Shown one piece after another: positions 1 to 11,535 of a stretch of 64,000 nt of DNA; within the stretch, counting starts at the first letter, position 1; each line of letters starts with the position of its first letter. The position numbers were made by a program, and so were the translations under genes. This DNA is from Bispira polyomma. Its lineage: Eukaryota. The notes below the pieces were generated by a model, which saw nothing but the letters and a program-made list of their open reading frames with translations, was not told the DNA's origin and made no database searches. Location of the stretch: positions 39,990,001-40,054,000 of the forward strand of contig OZ287758.1 of the NCBI GenBank assembly GCA_965649765.1, in the 5' to 3' direction.

Positions 1-361
1 TGATGTAAGAGTAAATTCAGTCTTTTTTGTTGCACTATAATAACTTTATTAATCCTATTATTAGGCAAAAAAAATGTTTGGTTCGGTTATACATTCAAGA
101 ATGTACCACGGATCAGTGAGCGGATACCAAAATCTACGAAAATTGTAATCTGCGCCTATGTTTGTGCCTATAAATGGGGAGGGACATGGGTCAAATTTCT
201 CTGGCCAGAGTGATGTTACGTAAAATCTAACTGCATACCTAAATTATCAATTAAAGCTCTTATAAAGAGTAGCTTGTGGTCTCCCTTAGACTAATGGTAA
301 ATAAATGATAAAAAGCTTCCCAGTAAGAGTCTAGAATTTTTGGAATTTTTTAAAATTGGGA

Positions 362-603
362 TATTTAACGTCCACTCTAGTACCTGTTTAGGTTATATTG
401 GGATGGGTAGTTGAAAACGCTACAGGAAACACTGCAAACAGTTGATCAAGGTTCTGTACTGGAACCACCGGCCCACAGTAAGGAACTACCACCTTTCCCA
501 CTTAGGCATCAATTGGAGTTGAACCCACGACAGCCGATCCTAGAGGTGAGAGAGCAGTGATTGTGAAGCACGGTGCTTGCTAACCACTAGGCCACCGCGG
601 CCA
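362..603 (-). mobile_element. tRNA-derived SINE
   Basis: Minus strand begins GGCCGCGGTGGCCTAGTGGTTAG (A box) with a GGTTCAACTCC B-box-like motif; closely similar copies at 32203-32437 and 61036-61274. Confidence 0.85.
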
Positions 604-924
604 CCTGCAATAAAGTGACAAAATGGGAGGAAAACATGTTTGGGTAACCTGCGAATACACCATTGTCTACTAATGACAACCAATTCTATGTTGTAGGACT
701 ATACTTTATTGGAGAACAAATGTCGTAGACAATGAAATATTAATTCGACTCTCAATAAAACCTTTTCAAAAATGGAACAAGAAAAGGAACTATCATATAT
801 TTTTATACAATTGAATACAATAATATGTTATTGTTATACTAATTATTATTATTTTAATATGAAATGTATTTCGAAAATGTAATTGTGAAACATGCATGTC
901 AACAAGACCTGAGACAGAGACTTG

Positions 925-1398
925 ATTACTGTTTAAATGTGTCTTACATATACACATGTGTTTTAGGGTGGTACCCTTGCAGTGGTTGGTCTTCAAACAT
1001 TTGAATTCTGTTACTGTTACCACTTACTGTTTAAATGTGTCTTATATGTACACCATACAGGTCTGTTTTAGGGTGGTACCCTGGCAGTGGTTGGTCTTCA
1101 AACATCTAAATTCTGTTACTTTTACCAGTTACTGTTTAAATGTGTCTCACATATACAGGTCTGTTTAAGGGTGGTACCTTGGCAGTGGTTGGTTTTCAAA
1201 CATATGAATTCTGTTACTTTTACCAGTTACTGTTTAAATTTATCTTACATACACATGTCTGTTTTAGGGTGGTACCCTGGCAGTGGTCGGTCTTTAAACA
1301 TCTGAATTCTGTTACCAGTTACTGTTTAAACGTGTTTTAAATATACAACACACACACGTTTGTTTTAGGGTGGTACCCTGGCAGTAGTTGGTCTTCAA
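925..1398 (+). repeat. ~100-bp minisatellite (5 units), each containing the ADH splice acceptor and exon start
   Basis: TTT(A)AG|GGTGGTACCCTGGCAGTGGTTGGTCTTCAA recurs with the AG ending at 966, 1071, 1169, 1267 and 1368. Confidence 0.9.
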
Positions 1399-1985
1399 GG
1401 GACTACATTCCCACCTGTTAACCTACAGCAGGTCATCTTTGATAACCTACGTATTTAGGGTATAGCAGTGGGACACAGACACTATGTGGAGGAGCTATTT
1501 AAGCTAATCTCAGATAACAAGGTTTGTAAAAAGAATGGGATTAGATTGGATTTTAGGTTTAAAATCGCTGTCAGCACAATGAACAGGTCATATCATGGCG
1601 GCCAGTTTGAGTGCTGGAACAAACCAGTGCATACTAGTTGGTCAAGATTCTATACTGTAAACCAGCGCTCATTGACAAGTAACTGCCAACTTTCCCCTTT
1701 TGAGCCCTAACTGAGTTTCGAACCAGGACCTTTGAGGTGGGAGGCGAGTGTGTTAGCATTTTGTTTTAACTAAAATATAAATACACATGTATATTATTAT
1801 TGCTCTTTTATTTAATGGGGGTGGTAAATTAATTAGTTTTGTTTTTACTCAATATATACTATATTGTTGTTTAGGTCAAAGGTCCCCCCATTACAACAGT
1901 ACCATTTGAAGAGATTGCATCCATACTGGATAAGATGGTTGCCAGAGAGCTGATTAGTGGACGTTATGTGACCAAGATTGCTTAA
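1369..1985 (+). pseudogene. Zn-dependent alcohol dehydrogenase (MDR) copy 1, last two exons (1369-1521, 1875-1985)
   Basis: Exons read GGTLAVVGLQGTTFPPVNLQQVIFDNLRI*GIAVGHRHYVEELFKLISDNK and VKGPPITTVPFEEIASILDKMVARELISGRYVTKIA*, a typical MDR C-terminus with phase-0 AG/GT junctions. In-frame TAG at 1456-1458; the preceding exon is deleted relative to copy 2. Confidence 0.8.
1555..1760 (-). mobile_element. tRNA-derived SINE fragment
   Basis: Minus strand has a GGTTCGAAACT B box followed by a GGGAAAGTTGGCAGTTACTTG central domain related to other SINEs in the window. Confidence 0.6.
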
Positions 1986-2474
1986 AGTTGATTCAGTTGA
2001 TAGATAGTATCTCAAAATGGTTCTTCATTACAAGGGCACAGCTTACAAACATCACGGCTTCCACAACAGTCATTTGGGTTGTCAATATTCTATACTATTC
2101 GTTAATACCATGTAATCCTTTGTTAGTAGATGCATGTTATAGGCTTTTTATGTCCGGATTCTTAATAGTTAAGCTATTTCTACCTCAGTTTTGCTCAGTT
2201 AAATATTTTTTCAATTTGGTATTCTCAAACACAGTTTTACTAAAGCTCATCTGAGATTTTTTCTTAGCTCAAACACACGTCTAGACATGTTGGCACAGGT
2301 CCAAAATAATAACGGGCCAATCAAATTTACTGTTATATTTGAACTGTGGTCAAATGATCATTTTGTTTATTTTCATTTTAGTGAAAGTCTTATTATAGTT
2401 GAGTCAAGGTACAGCCTTGCTTAACTTTGAGCTTAAGTTGAGCAAAAAATCTCAGCTCAACATATTAGAAAATA

Positions 2475-2692
2475 TGGTAAGCAGGACACCTTTAGGGTAC
2501 TGCTACGTCAGTCCACAACCCAAAGTTTAGGCTATACCTTAAGTTTCATTTTGCTACAACATGTATTATGCTACTTTTCTGTCCATCATTGGATGAGCCA
2601 ATAAAATCACTAGAACCTCACCTTTCTTCCCGCAAACACTTGGGGACACCATATTTAATTTGAACTTGAAGTAACAAGGAGATTTTAAAAAA
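2475..2692 (+). repeat. Split direct repeat A1
   Basis: TGGTAAGCAGGACAC...GGAGATTTTAAAAAA, near-identical to 9105-9325. Confidence 0.9.
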
Positions 2693-2789
2693 AATAAATA
2701 AGAATTTTGTTTTAAAAGACTTTCTTTTACATTGTTTTATTGTTAACGAGTTTTATATATTGTGTCACACTGTCAGTAAATTGTTCACT

Positions 2790-4226
2790 ATGGGAAAAAC
2801 AACAAAGGAACCGCTTCACACGGTTGTAAAAGCAAAGAAACTGCCTACACGTAGGAACAAGGTGTTAAAGATCACAGGGAACACGGTCGCTGATCAGGTA
2901 TCTACTTCTTTCTCTGCAGGCTTACAAAGCCCTTCTGACAACATTACTCCGGAACAGAGCACTACACCTCCCGTTAGTGATAATATCATCCTCGGGCAGT
3001 CCACGACTGATAATTCGGTCTCTAGTGAGATGTTGGCCATACTGAGAAGGTTAGAGTCATCTAATATCTCTTTGTCTCAGCAGATAGAAAGAGTGGAAGC
3101 TAAAACGTCCTCCAGCAAGTCCTCTCTTAACCCCTTTACAGACGCGACATCAGAAACGTATCAACAAATTCACTTGCCAAACAGTGGGTTAGGCACCAGT
3201 CTCAACATGCCAACTACACTTAACACGTCGACGATGCAGCAAGGCTTGGGCGCTATGTGCAACTCCTCGTTACAGTCACAATCTCAGAGCATGAACCAAT
3301 TCAGTTTAGGCGCCATACACAATGCCACGTTACAAAATCACATGCCACAGACACACATGCAGAACCAGCTTGGGTCGAATGTATCACAGACTATTCCAGT
3401 GCCGAACAGCGTACAGAACCAGTTAGCTGTCACTGCATTACATACCACCCCGTCGCACAACCCGCTGGCATTTCCTTCTCAGTCGGGATTGGGGGCGACA
3501 CAGATCCCACAAGCACAGCAACCCGGCATCAACGCGCCATTCCCAGTGTGCAGTCAGCTGTGTCACGACAGTACCATGAATATGAGGCCTTAGCCCAGAG
3601 ACACCTGTTGCAAGGTAAGGTTAAGGTAATCCGGACGTTTCAAAATTACCGAAGTGAGTACAGTTGATGCTCGGTTTCGGTGGCCGAATGAGGGCTGCGT
3701 TGGGGGCTCCGCGCGCAAAAGGCCAACGTACGGCGAACTTACATTACCCCAATGGGCTGCAGGGCAGATTTCTAATGCGATGCAAGTGCAAGATAACTCG
3801 CTCATGAGAAGTATGATGTTACAATTTGTCTACACTCTTTGGGACGCTGCCTCACTGCCATGGCCTGTAGTCAGGACAGCCTGGGCCCTCAATATGCAAG
3901 AGGTCGAGGAGGGTCGGCTGTCCTGGCAAGACACCGCACAATGGGCGCTCAACAGGATGAACGCTTCGCAGCTCGCACTAGCAAATAATGGCCACAGTCA
4001 CATTGCAAACAACAACCAAGGTGGGGGCATGAATGAGTCCAAGGTGATTTGTAAACTCTTTAATAATGGAAAAGGTTCTAGAAAATCAGATCATGATAAC
4101 TACAAACACAATTGTTGGTACTGTAGCAAGGTATTGGGTAAGGAGCAAAACCATCCTGGATTTAAGTGCTATAGAGCTAACGCCAATAAGCAGTGTGAAA
4201 ACCCAGTTAATACAAATAATAAATAG
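2790..4226 (+). pseudogene. gag-like ORF1 of the YR retrotransposon (two apparent frameshifts near 3520-3630)
   Basis: Three overlapping ORFs (2760, 3257, 3654) join into a low-complexity/coiled N-terminus, a ...RWPNEG...LTLPQWAAG core and a Cys/His-rich end (CKLFNNG...HNCWYC...HPGFKC). Confidence 0.75.
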
Positions 4227-6114
4227 GAGGCCATTCGGCTAGCAGAATCACAGCCTGTAAATTGTCAGTTAAATAACAGGGGTATGAATAACAGTCACTT
4301 AAGGCTTTAGTAACGTAAACACATAAACGGGCTGGGGATAAAGCATGCTATTTTCTCATTTCTAGTCATTTCTAGTCTGTATACCAAATATAAGGACTGC
4401 AAAGTACACTTTAGTATGGTTTCTTAACCATTTTTATACATCCAAACTATTTAAAAGGTTAATACTATGCTATAAAACTATAAAAACACCCATACAATGA
4501 TTCCTGTATTGTGACGTCACACAATTTGAAATCTATGGTGGAATGTCATATTTGTAAACATTTTTCGCAGAGAGCCCCTTCTATTGTGACAGAATACAAG
4601 TATTGATCCAGCATAAATGAAGACATTATATAGGCTACACAACTTTAAAAAACGTGTATATTGTTTTCAATGAATTACATTTTTAACTATGTCTCCTTAT
4701 TTTGTATAAACCAAGAAAACTAAGTATCTTTCTATTTAGAACAGTGTAACTTTAAAGTTTTTCCAAAATTATCCAGTTTTTGTGCTTTTCTTAAAAAACA
4801 AATTCATTCAAAATAATGCTGATGTTTTCCTTTTTCTAATCATGTACAATACTTCAGTATTGATCCCGTGTTGGTATATGAATTGTGTCACGTTAGTGAA
4901 GCATGTACTTTGAAAATATTACCCATTTTAGTTACAATATGACACACTGCTATATGTATTGTATGTCTCAAGATTTCTATTAAAATGATACTTAAAATAT
5001 ATGAATTAGTGTATAATTAAAATATAAGTCATTCTTTATTATTTATACTGATGAAAATGTAAATATGTTTAAAACGGGTTTAAGGCCACAAAGAATAGGT
5101 TGTGTAGTTTCTGATAAGCTCGAGCACACATAACGTGGTTATTGGCAATCGTTTTATGTGTTTACCTCACTAAACCCTTATTTGCTATAAAAGATGTAGA
5201 TAATGGTGAAAAACAGCAATTAGCTAACGATATGAACAGCACAATAAGTAAAATAGCTATTGATAAAAACAAGAATTAAACCTAGAACACAGATATCTGT
5301 GAATTGCAATGCAACTGATGTAAAAAATCAAATTAAAATGAATAGTAATGAGTACATTAGAAGTCATAATGTAACCAATGTGAAAGGTAAGACTAATGTG
5401 AATGACAATGTGTACATACAAGATTTTTCAGGTTTGAAGCATAATGTACCGCACTTGGAAAGCTTGTGTGCAGTCCAGGGTCACAAGGGTCAGTATTGTA
5501 AAGTTAACAGTGCTAATGATCCAGAAGTCGACGACTTCATTATGAATAGCAGCAAAACACAAAAAGTGAGGACAGACGTAACTAATTGTAAATTTATAGA
5601 AAAAGTCAGGGGAGCAACATTCCCAATAGTTTATATTTCCAATCATAATGAGCTCATAAAAGGTTTTTTTTACCAGAATTGGGATAATGCTGCTGCTGTT
5701 CATACTTATACTCCAATCGAGTTTAGACGTAATGGTTTATTGCAAATAATACATTCTTTCACAGGAATCATTGATTATTATGAGGAACAAGCCATGGAAA
5801 ATTAAGTAATTGGCAAACCAGTTTCTGCAATGGACAAGAGTCGAGCTAAAGATACCAAAATGTTTCATGATAAAAATGTCAGAAGTTTAAAGTAATATAA
5901 CATTGATTACACTGGTTACATGGAGGAAATCATTGATTCCATGATAAATGATTGTGGGATAACTGCTAATGAAAATTCTAGTATTATTCCTAACATATGT
6001 ATTTAAAATGACAGGAGGACAGTAGACACGACTGACACAACTCATAAAGGTAAGACTCGTCCGCCAAGCGAAACAGTCACCAACCCGTCTTCTTCAGAAC
6101 AACTTAAGGAAAAT

Positions 6115-7907
6115 ATGGCAACTGCCAGTGAACATGTGACAAGGAATCACACTGACTTCAATGACTCCAGTAAAACTATAGAGTTTTTAGCTCTTGCTCC
6201 CACTAAGTTTGAATTTATTGGGCCTGATAAACAGCCCATTAGCATTAAGGAAATTCCAGAAATTTTAAATATAGCTAAGGCTATTAGAGACACAGGTTTA
6301 CCCAACTACAGGCAGGCCAGAATACCAATCAGTTCTGGCCTGCAAGTGGAAGCTTTAAAGAAACTGCTACAAAATTACCCTGATCATTTGCTATTGCAGT
6401 ATATAAAATTTGGTTTTTCTCTATCCTTAAGCCAACCTGATAATATTATAAACAATAAGGTACACAATCATTTCTCAGCTTTACAACACCCACAGGCTGT
6501 AAAGCAATACTTACACAAAGAAAAATCATTGGGAGCCATGTTAGGTCCAGTTAAGGAAATCAAAGAATCACAGTATAACTGCTCACCACTTCTCACGAGG
6601 CCTAAAGATGTCGACAAGCGTCGGGTTATTTGAAATTTATCTCATCTGTACGGTGCTTCATTAAATGATAACGTCAACAGACAGGAATTTGACGGGGTGT
6701 AATTTGCATTAAAATTTCCAAATATTGATCACATTACACAGGCTATTAGGGACACCAGGGACCCAGTATTATTTCAAATTGACGTTGCGCGAACGTTCAG
6801 AAATTTGCGTGTAGACCCAGTGGACGCAGTCAAACTGGGCATTTTCTGGGACAATCAATATTACATTGATCCAGCTATTGCATTTGGCTGGGTACACGGA
6901 AGCGCAGCTTTTCAGCGTTGCACGGATGCAATTACATCACACATGGCAAGTTGAGGCTTCAAAATTTTCGGATACATAGACGATTACGTTTGCATTGTGT
7001 CACGTGAACACACACAACTCGGTTTTGAAATGTTACATGAGTTGATGGAAAAATTGGGCTCACCAATGAATGCAGATAGGCTTACTCCCCCTACTAAGAA
7101 ATTAACGTGTCTTGGCATTGATTTTGACATTATAGCAGGGACCATAAGTATCCAACCTGACAAGGTAGCTGAAATACATAAGACGTGTCTCGAAGTTTAT
7201 AATAAAAAATTAATTTCCAGAACTAAATTTCAATCACTTCTGGGACAACTACTTTACATCCATAAATGTGTTTCTCCTGCACATATTTTCATAAACAGGC
7301 TTTTGGCAGTGTTCAGAAATAATAATACCAGCAAACAGTTTCCGGTTAACACTGAAATGAAGGCGGATATTCAATGGTTCATAAAATTTCTGGAAAGATT
7401 CAACGGAATAACTTTCATTAAGCACAATGCCATACCTCACATTAATGAATTACATTTAGACGTATGCCTCACCAAATTCGGGGGAGTGTGGAGCAATGAA
7501 GTATATATGCTACTTCATTTTATGATATCTTCAACGATGAATTGACAATTGTTCATTTAAAAATGTTGAATATCATTATCGCTTCAAGAATTTGGGCTGA
7601 GAAGTGGAAACATAAGAAACTGAGCGTCAACTGTGACAACATGGGTGTGGTTCTGGTAGTCGAATCACAAAAAACTAGGGATAATTTTTTAGCATTATGC
7701 TTAGGGAACATATGGCTTATTACAGCAGAATATGATATTACCCTTGAGATCAAACACATTCCTGGTAAAAAGAATATAATTGCAGATGCTCTGTCCAGAA
7801 TTTATTCAGTTAAAAGTCCTAGTAGCTACACACTACAAACAATTAGGGATAAATTTACATGGCAACCAGTTCCGATTGAGTACTTTAATTTAAATCTAAC
7901 TATTTAA
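6115..7907 (+). pseudogene. RT/RNase H of the YR retrotransposon, with stops and a frameshift
   Basis: Motifs FQIDVARTFRNL, IAFGWVHGSAAFQR, GYIDDY, LTCLGIDFD, LHLDVC, NCDNMGVV, HIPGKKNIIADALSR; in-frame stops, e.g. 6631-6633. Confidence 0.92.
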
Positions 7908-7913
7908 TTTCAG

Positions 7914-8869
7914 GGTCAACACCTTTTACACAGCAATTCATGGATACAGCATGGACCAGAATGAACACTGCATTAAGACCTAAAACCAACTCAGCTTATG
8001 AGGGACAATTCAAAACTTTCCTTTCATTTTTACAGTTTTCAGGTATTACACATGTGACCATCCATGCTGTTATAGCATTCTTGGAACACTTGGTTTAGAA
8101 CCAGTTATCACCTGGGGCCATAAAAAATTACATGGCTGCCTTGAGATTCTCTGCACACAAATTTAACTGTGATTTGTCTCCTTTCATTCATAATACTGTG
8201 TCACTGTTCTTGAGGAGTCTATCTCACAATTCAAACTTTAGACCTAAACCCAAAGACATTTTTACCATTTACCAAATTTTGCAGATCTCAGTAACATGCG
8301 AGATCTTAGATGATCCTATACTCTACAGAGCAATTGTCCTGGTGGCATTCTTTGGATTTCTTAGACTATCCAACATTGCACCTCATTCCAGGACTGATTT
8401 TGATGCATCCAGGCACTTTCTTATGCAAGATGTAATTTTTGGCCACCCTGGAGCACATATCATCATAAAATGGGCTAAAAACCTACAAAATAGAACAGAT
8501 ACACATATTATACAAATCCCAGTTTTGAAAAACAAATTAATTTGCCCAGTTAATGCACTTAAAGCACTGTTGAATTCCAGAGCATTGGCAGAAGCAAAAA
8601 TACCTCATTTAACAGTGGTTGACTCCCATGTTAGGACGGCTCTGCAAAAGGTTCTTTCCCACATAGGCTTACAATATAGTTCTCACGGATTTCACACATT
8701 TAGAAGGTCAGGAGCTCCTTTTGCCTTTAATAACAATGTATCCTTTCTAAATATTATGTCTCACGGACTTTGGAGATCTTCTGCAGTATGGTCTTATTTA
8801 CAAAATACTTCTCAGGCTGCCTCTGTGGTGCCTCTCACTTTTTCCGCTGCAATTCCCCCTACTTTTTAG
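7914..8869 (+). CDS. Tyrosine recombinase (one in-frame TAG at 8096; ORF track covers 8132-8869)
   Basis: ALRPKTNSAY N-terminal motif and catalytic residues in FGFLRLSNI (R), KWAKN (K), HTFRRSGA (HxxR) and HGLWRSSAVWSY (W, Y). Confidence 0.92.
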
Positions 8870-8878
8870 TTTGGCTTG

Positions 8879-9325
8879 AGGCTCAAAATTTTTACTCGGG
8901 TTTTAAATTTTTTTACCTCTTGTATACTATGTTAAGGTCAATTGTAAAATATACATACTAACATGTAAATAATAAATGCTCAAACCAAATCTTTTACTAC
9001 CTTCTTCATCATAACTAGTAGTTCTTGACCCTAACAACTTACAACTTGACCTTTGGATCTATGACCTTCCATACTATGAATCGAATTACACTAGTTGGGG
9101 ACTGTGGTAAGCAGGACACTTTAGGGTACTGCTACGTCACTCCACAACCCAAAGTTTAGGCTATACCTTAAGTTTAATTTTGCTACAACATGTATTATGC
9201 TACTTTTCTGTCCATCATTGGATGAGCCAATAAAATCACTAGAACCTCACCTTTCTTCCTGCAAAAACTTGGGAACACCATATTTAATTTGAACTTAAAG
9301 TAACAACAAGGAGATTTTAAAAAAC
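8879..9325 (+). repeat. Internal B1-A2 junction repeats
   Basis: ...CTAGTTGGGGACTG|TGGTAAGCAGG at 9104/9105 joins the element's right-end sequence to its left-end sequence. Confidence 0.9.
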
Positions 9326-10241
9326 CCACCACCTCCCCTTTCCCACAGCATAATTTAGAGCTAGTATTTATTAAGGCTGCCTCTCTGTGAGTACTTGTGG
9401 TACACACATGGTAGAGACGTGACAGATATTGACAATGTTACAAAAGTTATTTGACTGTTACTTGAAAACGAGGATGAAGAAATAATTCACTGTCGACTTG
9501 GGGTAGCTGGAACTCACCCACTGTGTGGAGGATCCTGTCTCCTAACCCCCCCTGAGTTCACGCCTAGGGGGCCAGGGTTGAATAGGAGCTCTGGAAGACA
9601 GGACCCTTTGCTAGGCGACTAGGTGCCAGAGGTGCGGGGCTCCCGCCCTCGGGCTGATGGTCGACCATTCTTTTAGACTAAATATAATCAGACATGTAAA
9701 ACAACATATGATGATGTATTGACAGGGCTTATGGCCCATTTATGACAATATTGACAGGACAAATAATGTCCATTTATGTCCCACTTAGGGAACGAGTACA
9801 TGAGGGGTAATTCCGACTAAAGGAGACACAGACGGAAATACAGAACTTGTTGGACATAGCAACATTTGTAACGAGACGCACAGGACAAATTACGGCGACT
9901 TGTTGTTTTTTCACAACAGGAGTGCCTGGACAATAAACGTGTATAAAAAGTATTAGCCCATTTTGTAGGGCATCAAAAAGGCTTTGTTGAATGACCAAAC
10001 GAACACTGGCTTGTGCTGATGCATTAGAACTATTGGAGAATAATGTACCAATATAAATCTTATATGTGAAGTACTAATGTTCTTATATGTTCAATATTAG
10101 ACGCTAGGCCTATGTGATTAGAGTATTGATCCTGTTAAATGTATTAATATATGATAATTTAAACGTTTTAATATTCACTGATAATTCTGTTATATTAATT
10201 TAGTGCCTATATTGGCCTACTTTGTTAATAGCTTCATTATG

Positions 10242-10467
10242 GGGCTAAAAAATTTTACTCAGGTTTTAAAAATTTTTAGCTCTTGTATACTATGTTAAGG
10301 TCAATTGTAAAATATACATACTAACATGTAAATAATAAATGCTCAAACCAAATTTTTTACTACCTTCTTCATCATAACTAGTAGTTCTTGACCCTAACAA
10401 CTTACAACTTGACCTTTGGATCTAGGACCTTCCATACTATGAATTGAATTACACTAGTTGGGGACTG
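10242..10467 (+). repeat. Split direct repeat B2
   Basis: Near-identical to 8879-9104; ends ACACTAGTTGGGGACTG. Confidence 0.9.
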
Positions 10468-10532
10468 CAGACTGATTTGAGATTTTATCTCACCTCAAAT
10501 CTGAGTATGTCACCATAGCAACTGAGCAAAAT

Positions 10533-11535
10533 TCCATGCAGATGATACACAGATCTACTTGCACCTTACTCCGAACACATCAATCGGCGCCCTGGAAGTC
10601 CTTCACAAATGCTTAGCAAATGTTCAAAAGCTAAATCCTGATAAAACCGAATTCATATTGTTTAGCTCAGGCACTCAACGTGCTGAACTGTCAAATTCTT
10701 TTCCAGTAAACATTCTTGGAACACTGTTATCCCCAACTGATAAAGTAAGGAATCTGAGAGTTTTGTTTGACAGTAATTTTTCATCTTCCAATCATATCCA
10801 ATCAGTGTGTAAGTCATGCTTTATGGGTCTTAGAGACGTTAGGAAAATCAAGAGGTACCTTCAAAATCGGTTGTAATAACTGCAGCAAATGCTCTGGTTG
10901 GTAGCAGACTGGACTACTGCAATTCACTGTGTCGTAGTTTGACCAAAAAAGGACCTAAACAATTTGCAATGCATTTAAAATTCATTGGAACATCTGGTCA
11001 GTTGTTCTGCTCTTCTTTTGACATGCTTCACTGATTCTGAAGTCACTACACTGGCTCCCTGTTAGGTATCGGTGTGTTTTTAAAACTGCTACAATAGTAT
11101 ATAAGTTTCTCGATTCAGGTTTGCCTAAATACTTTGAACCACATTTGAGTTACTACAAGTGTAATGTCAATACCAGGAGAGCTGCTTCTAAAAATAGATT
11201 CCTTCTTGTTCCAAAATATAAGTCCAAAGTACACATGTCAAAGGTTCACTTTGATAAAAGTTTTGCAAATGATGCCCCTACCCTATGGAATAGTTTGCCT
11301 CAACACATTAGGACAGCTCCGTTCCTGTATTCCTTCTGGCGCAGTTTAGAGACCTATCTGTTCAATGATGCATTCCCTTCATAGTCTCTTTCCTGTTCTC
11401 AGTGGACACATTGATGACGACTTCCTTCTGTCTATCACCAATGATTTATGGCTTTGGGTGTGTTTTTTTGCGCCTTAGAATTCGTTACCAAGAAAGTAAG
11501 CGCTAAAAAAGTCTGATATATTATTATTATTATTT
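10533..11535 (+). mobile_element. 5'-truncated L2/CR1-group LINE
   Basis: HADDTQIY, KLNPDKTEFILF, SRLDYCNSL, LHWLPV and APTLWNSLP motifs; (ATT)n tail near 11520. Confidence 0.9.

Larger units (their letters stand above)
2475..10467 (+). mobile_element. Ngaro/PAT-type (DIRS order) tyrosine-recombinase retrotransposon, full length, degenerate
   Basis: gag-like, RT/RNase H and YR reading frames in order; split direct repeats A1 (2475-~2692), B1 (~8879-9104), A2 (9105-~9325), B2 (~10242-10467); no clear TSD. Confidence 0.93.

Noticed and set aside
7914-8869. Tyrosine recombinase as a phage integrase or bacterial contamination
   Set aside because: It is embedded with RT/RNase H and split direct repeats among spliced genes, so it is a DIRS-order element.
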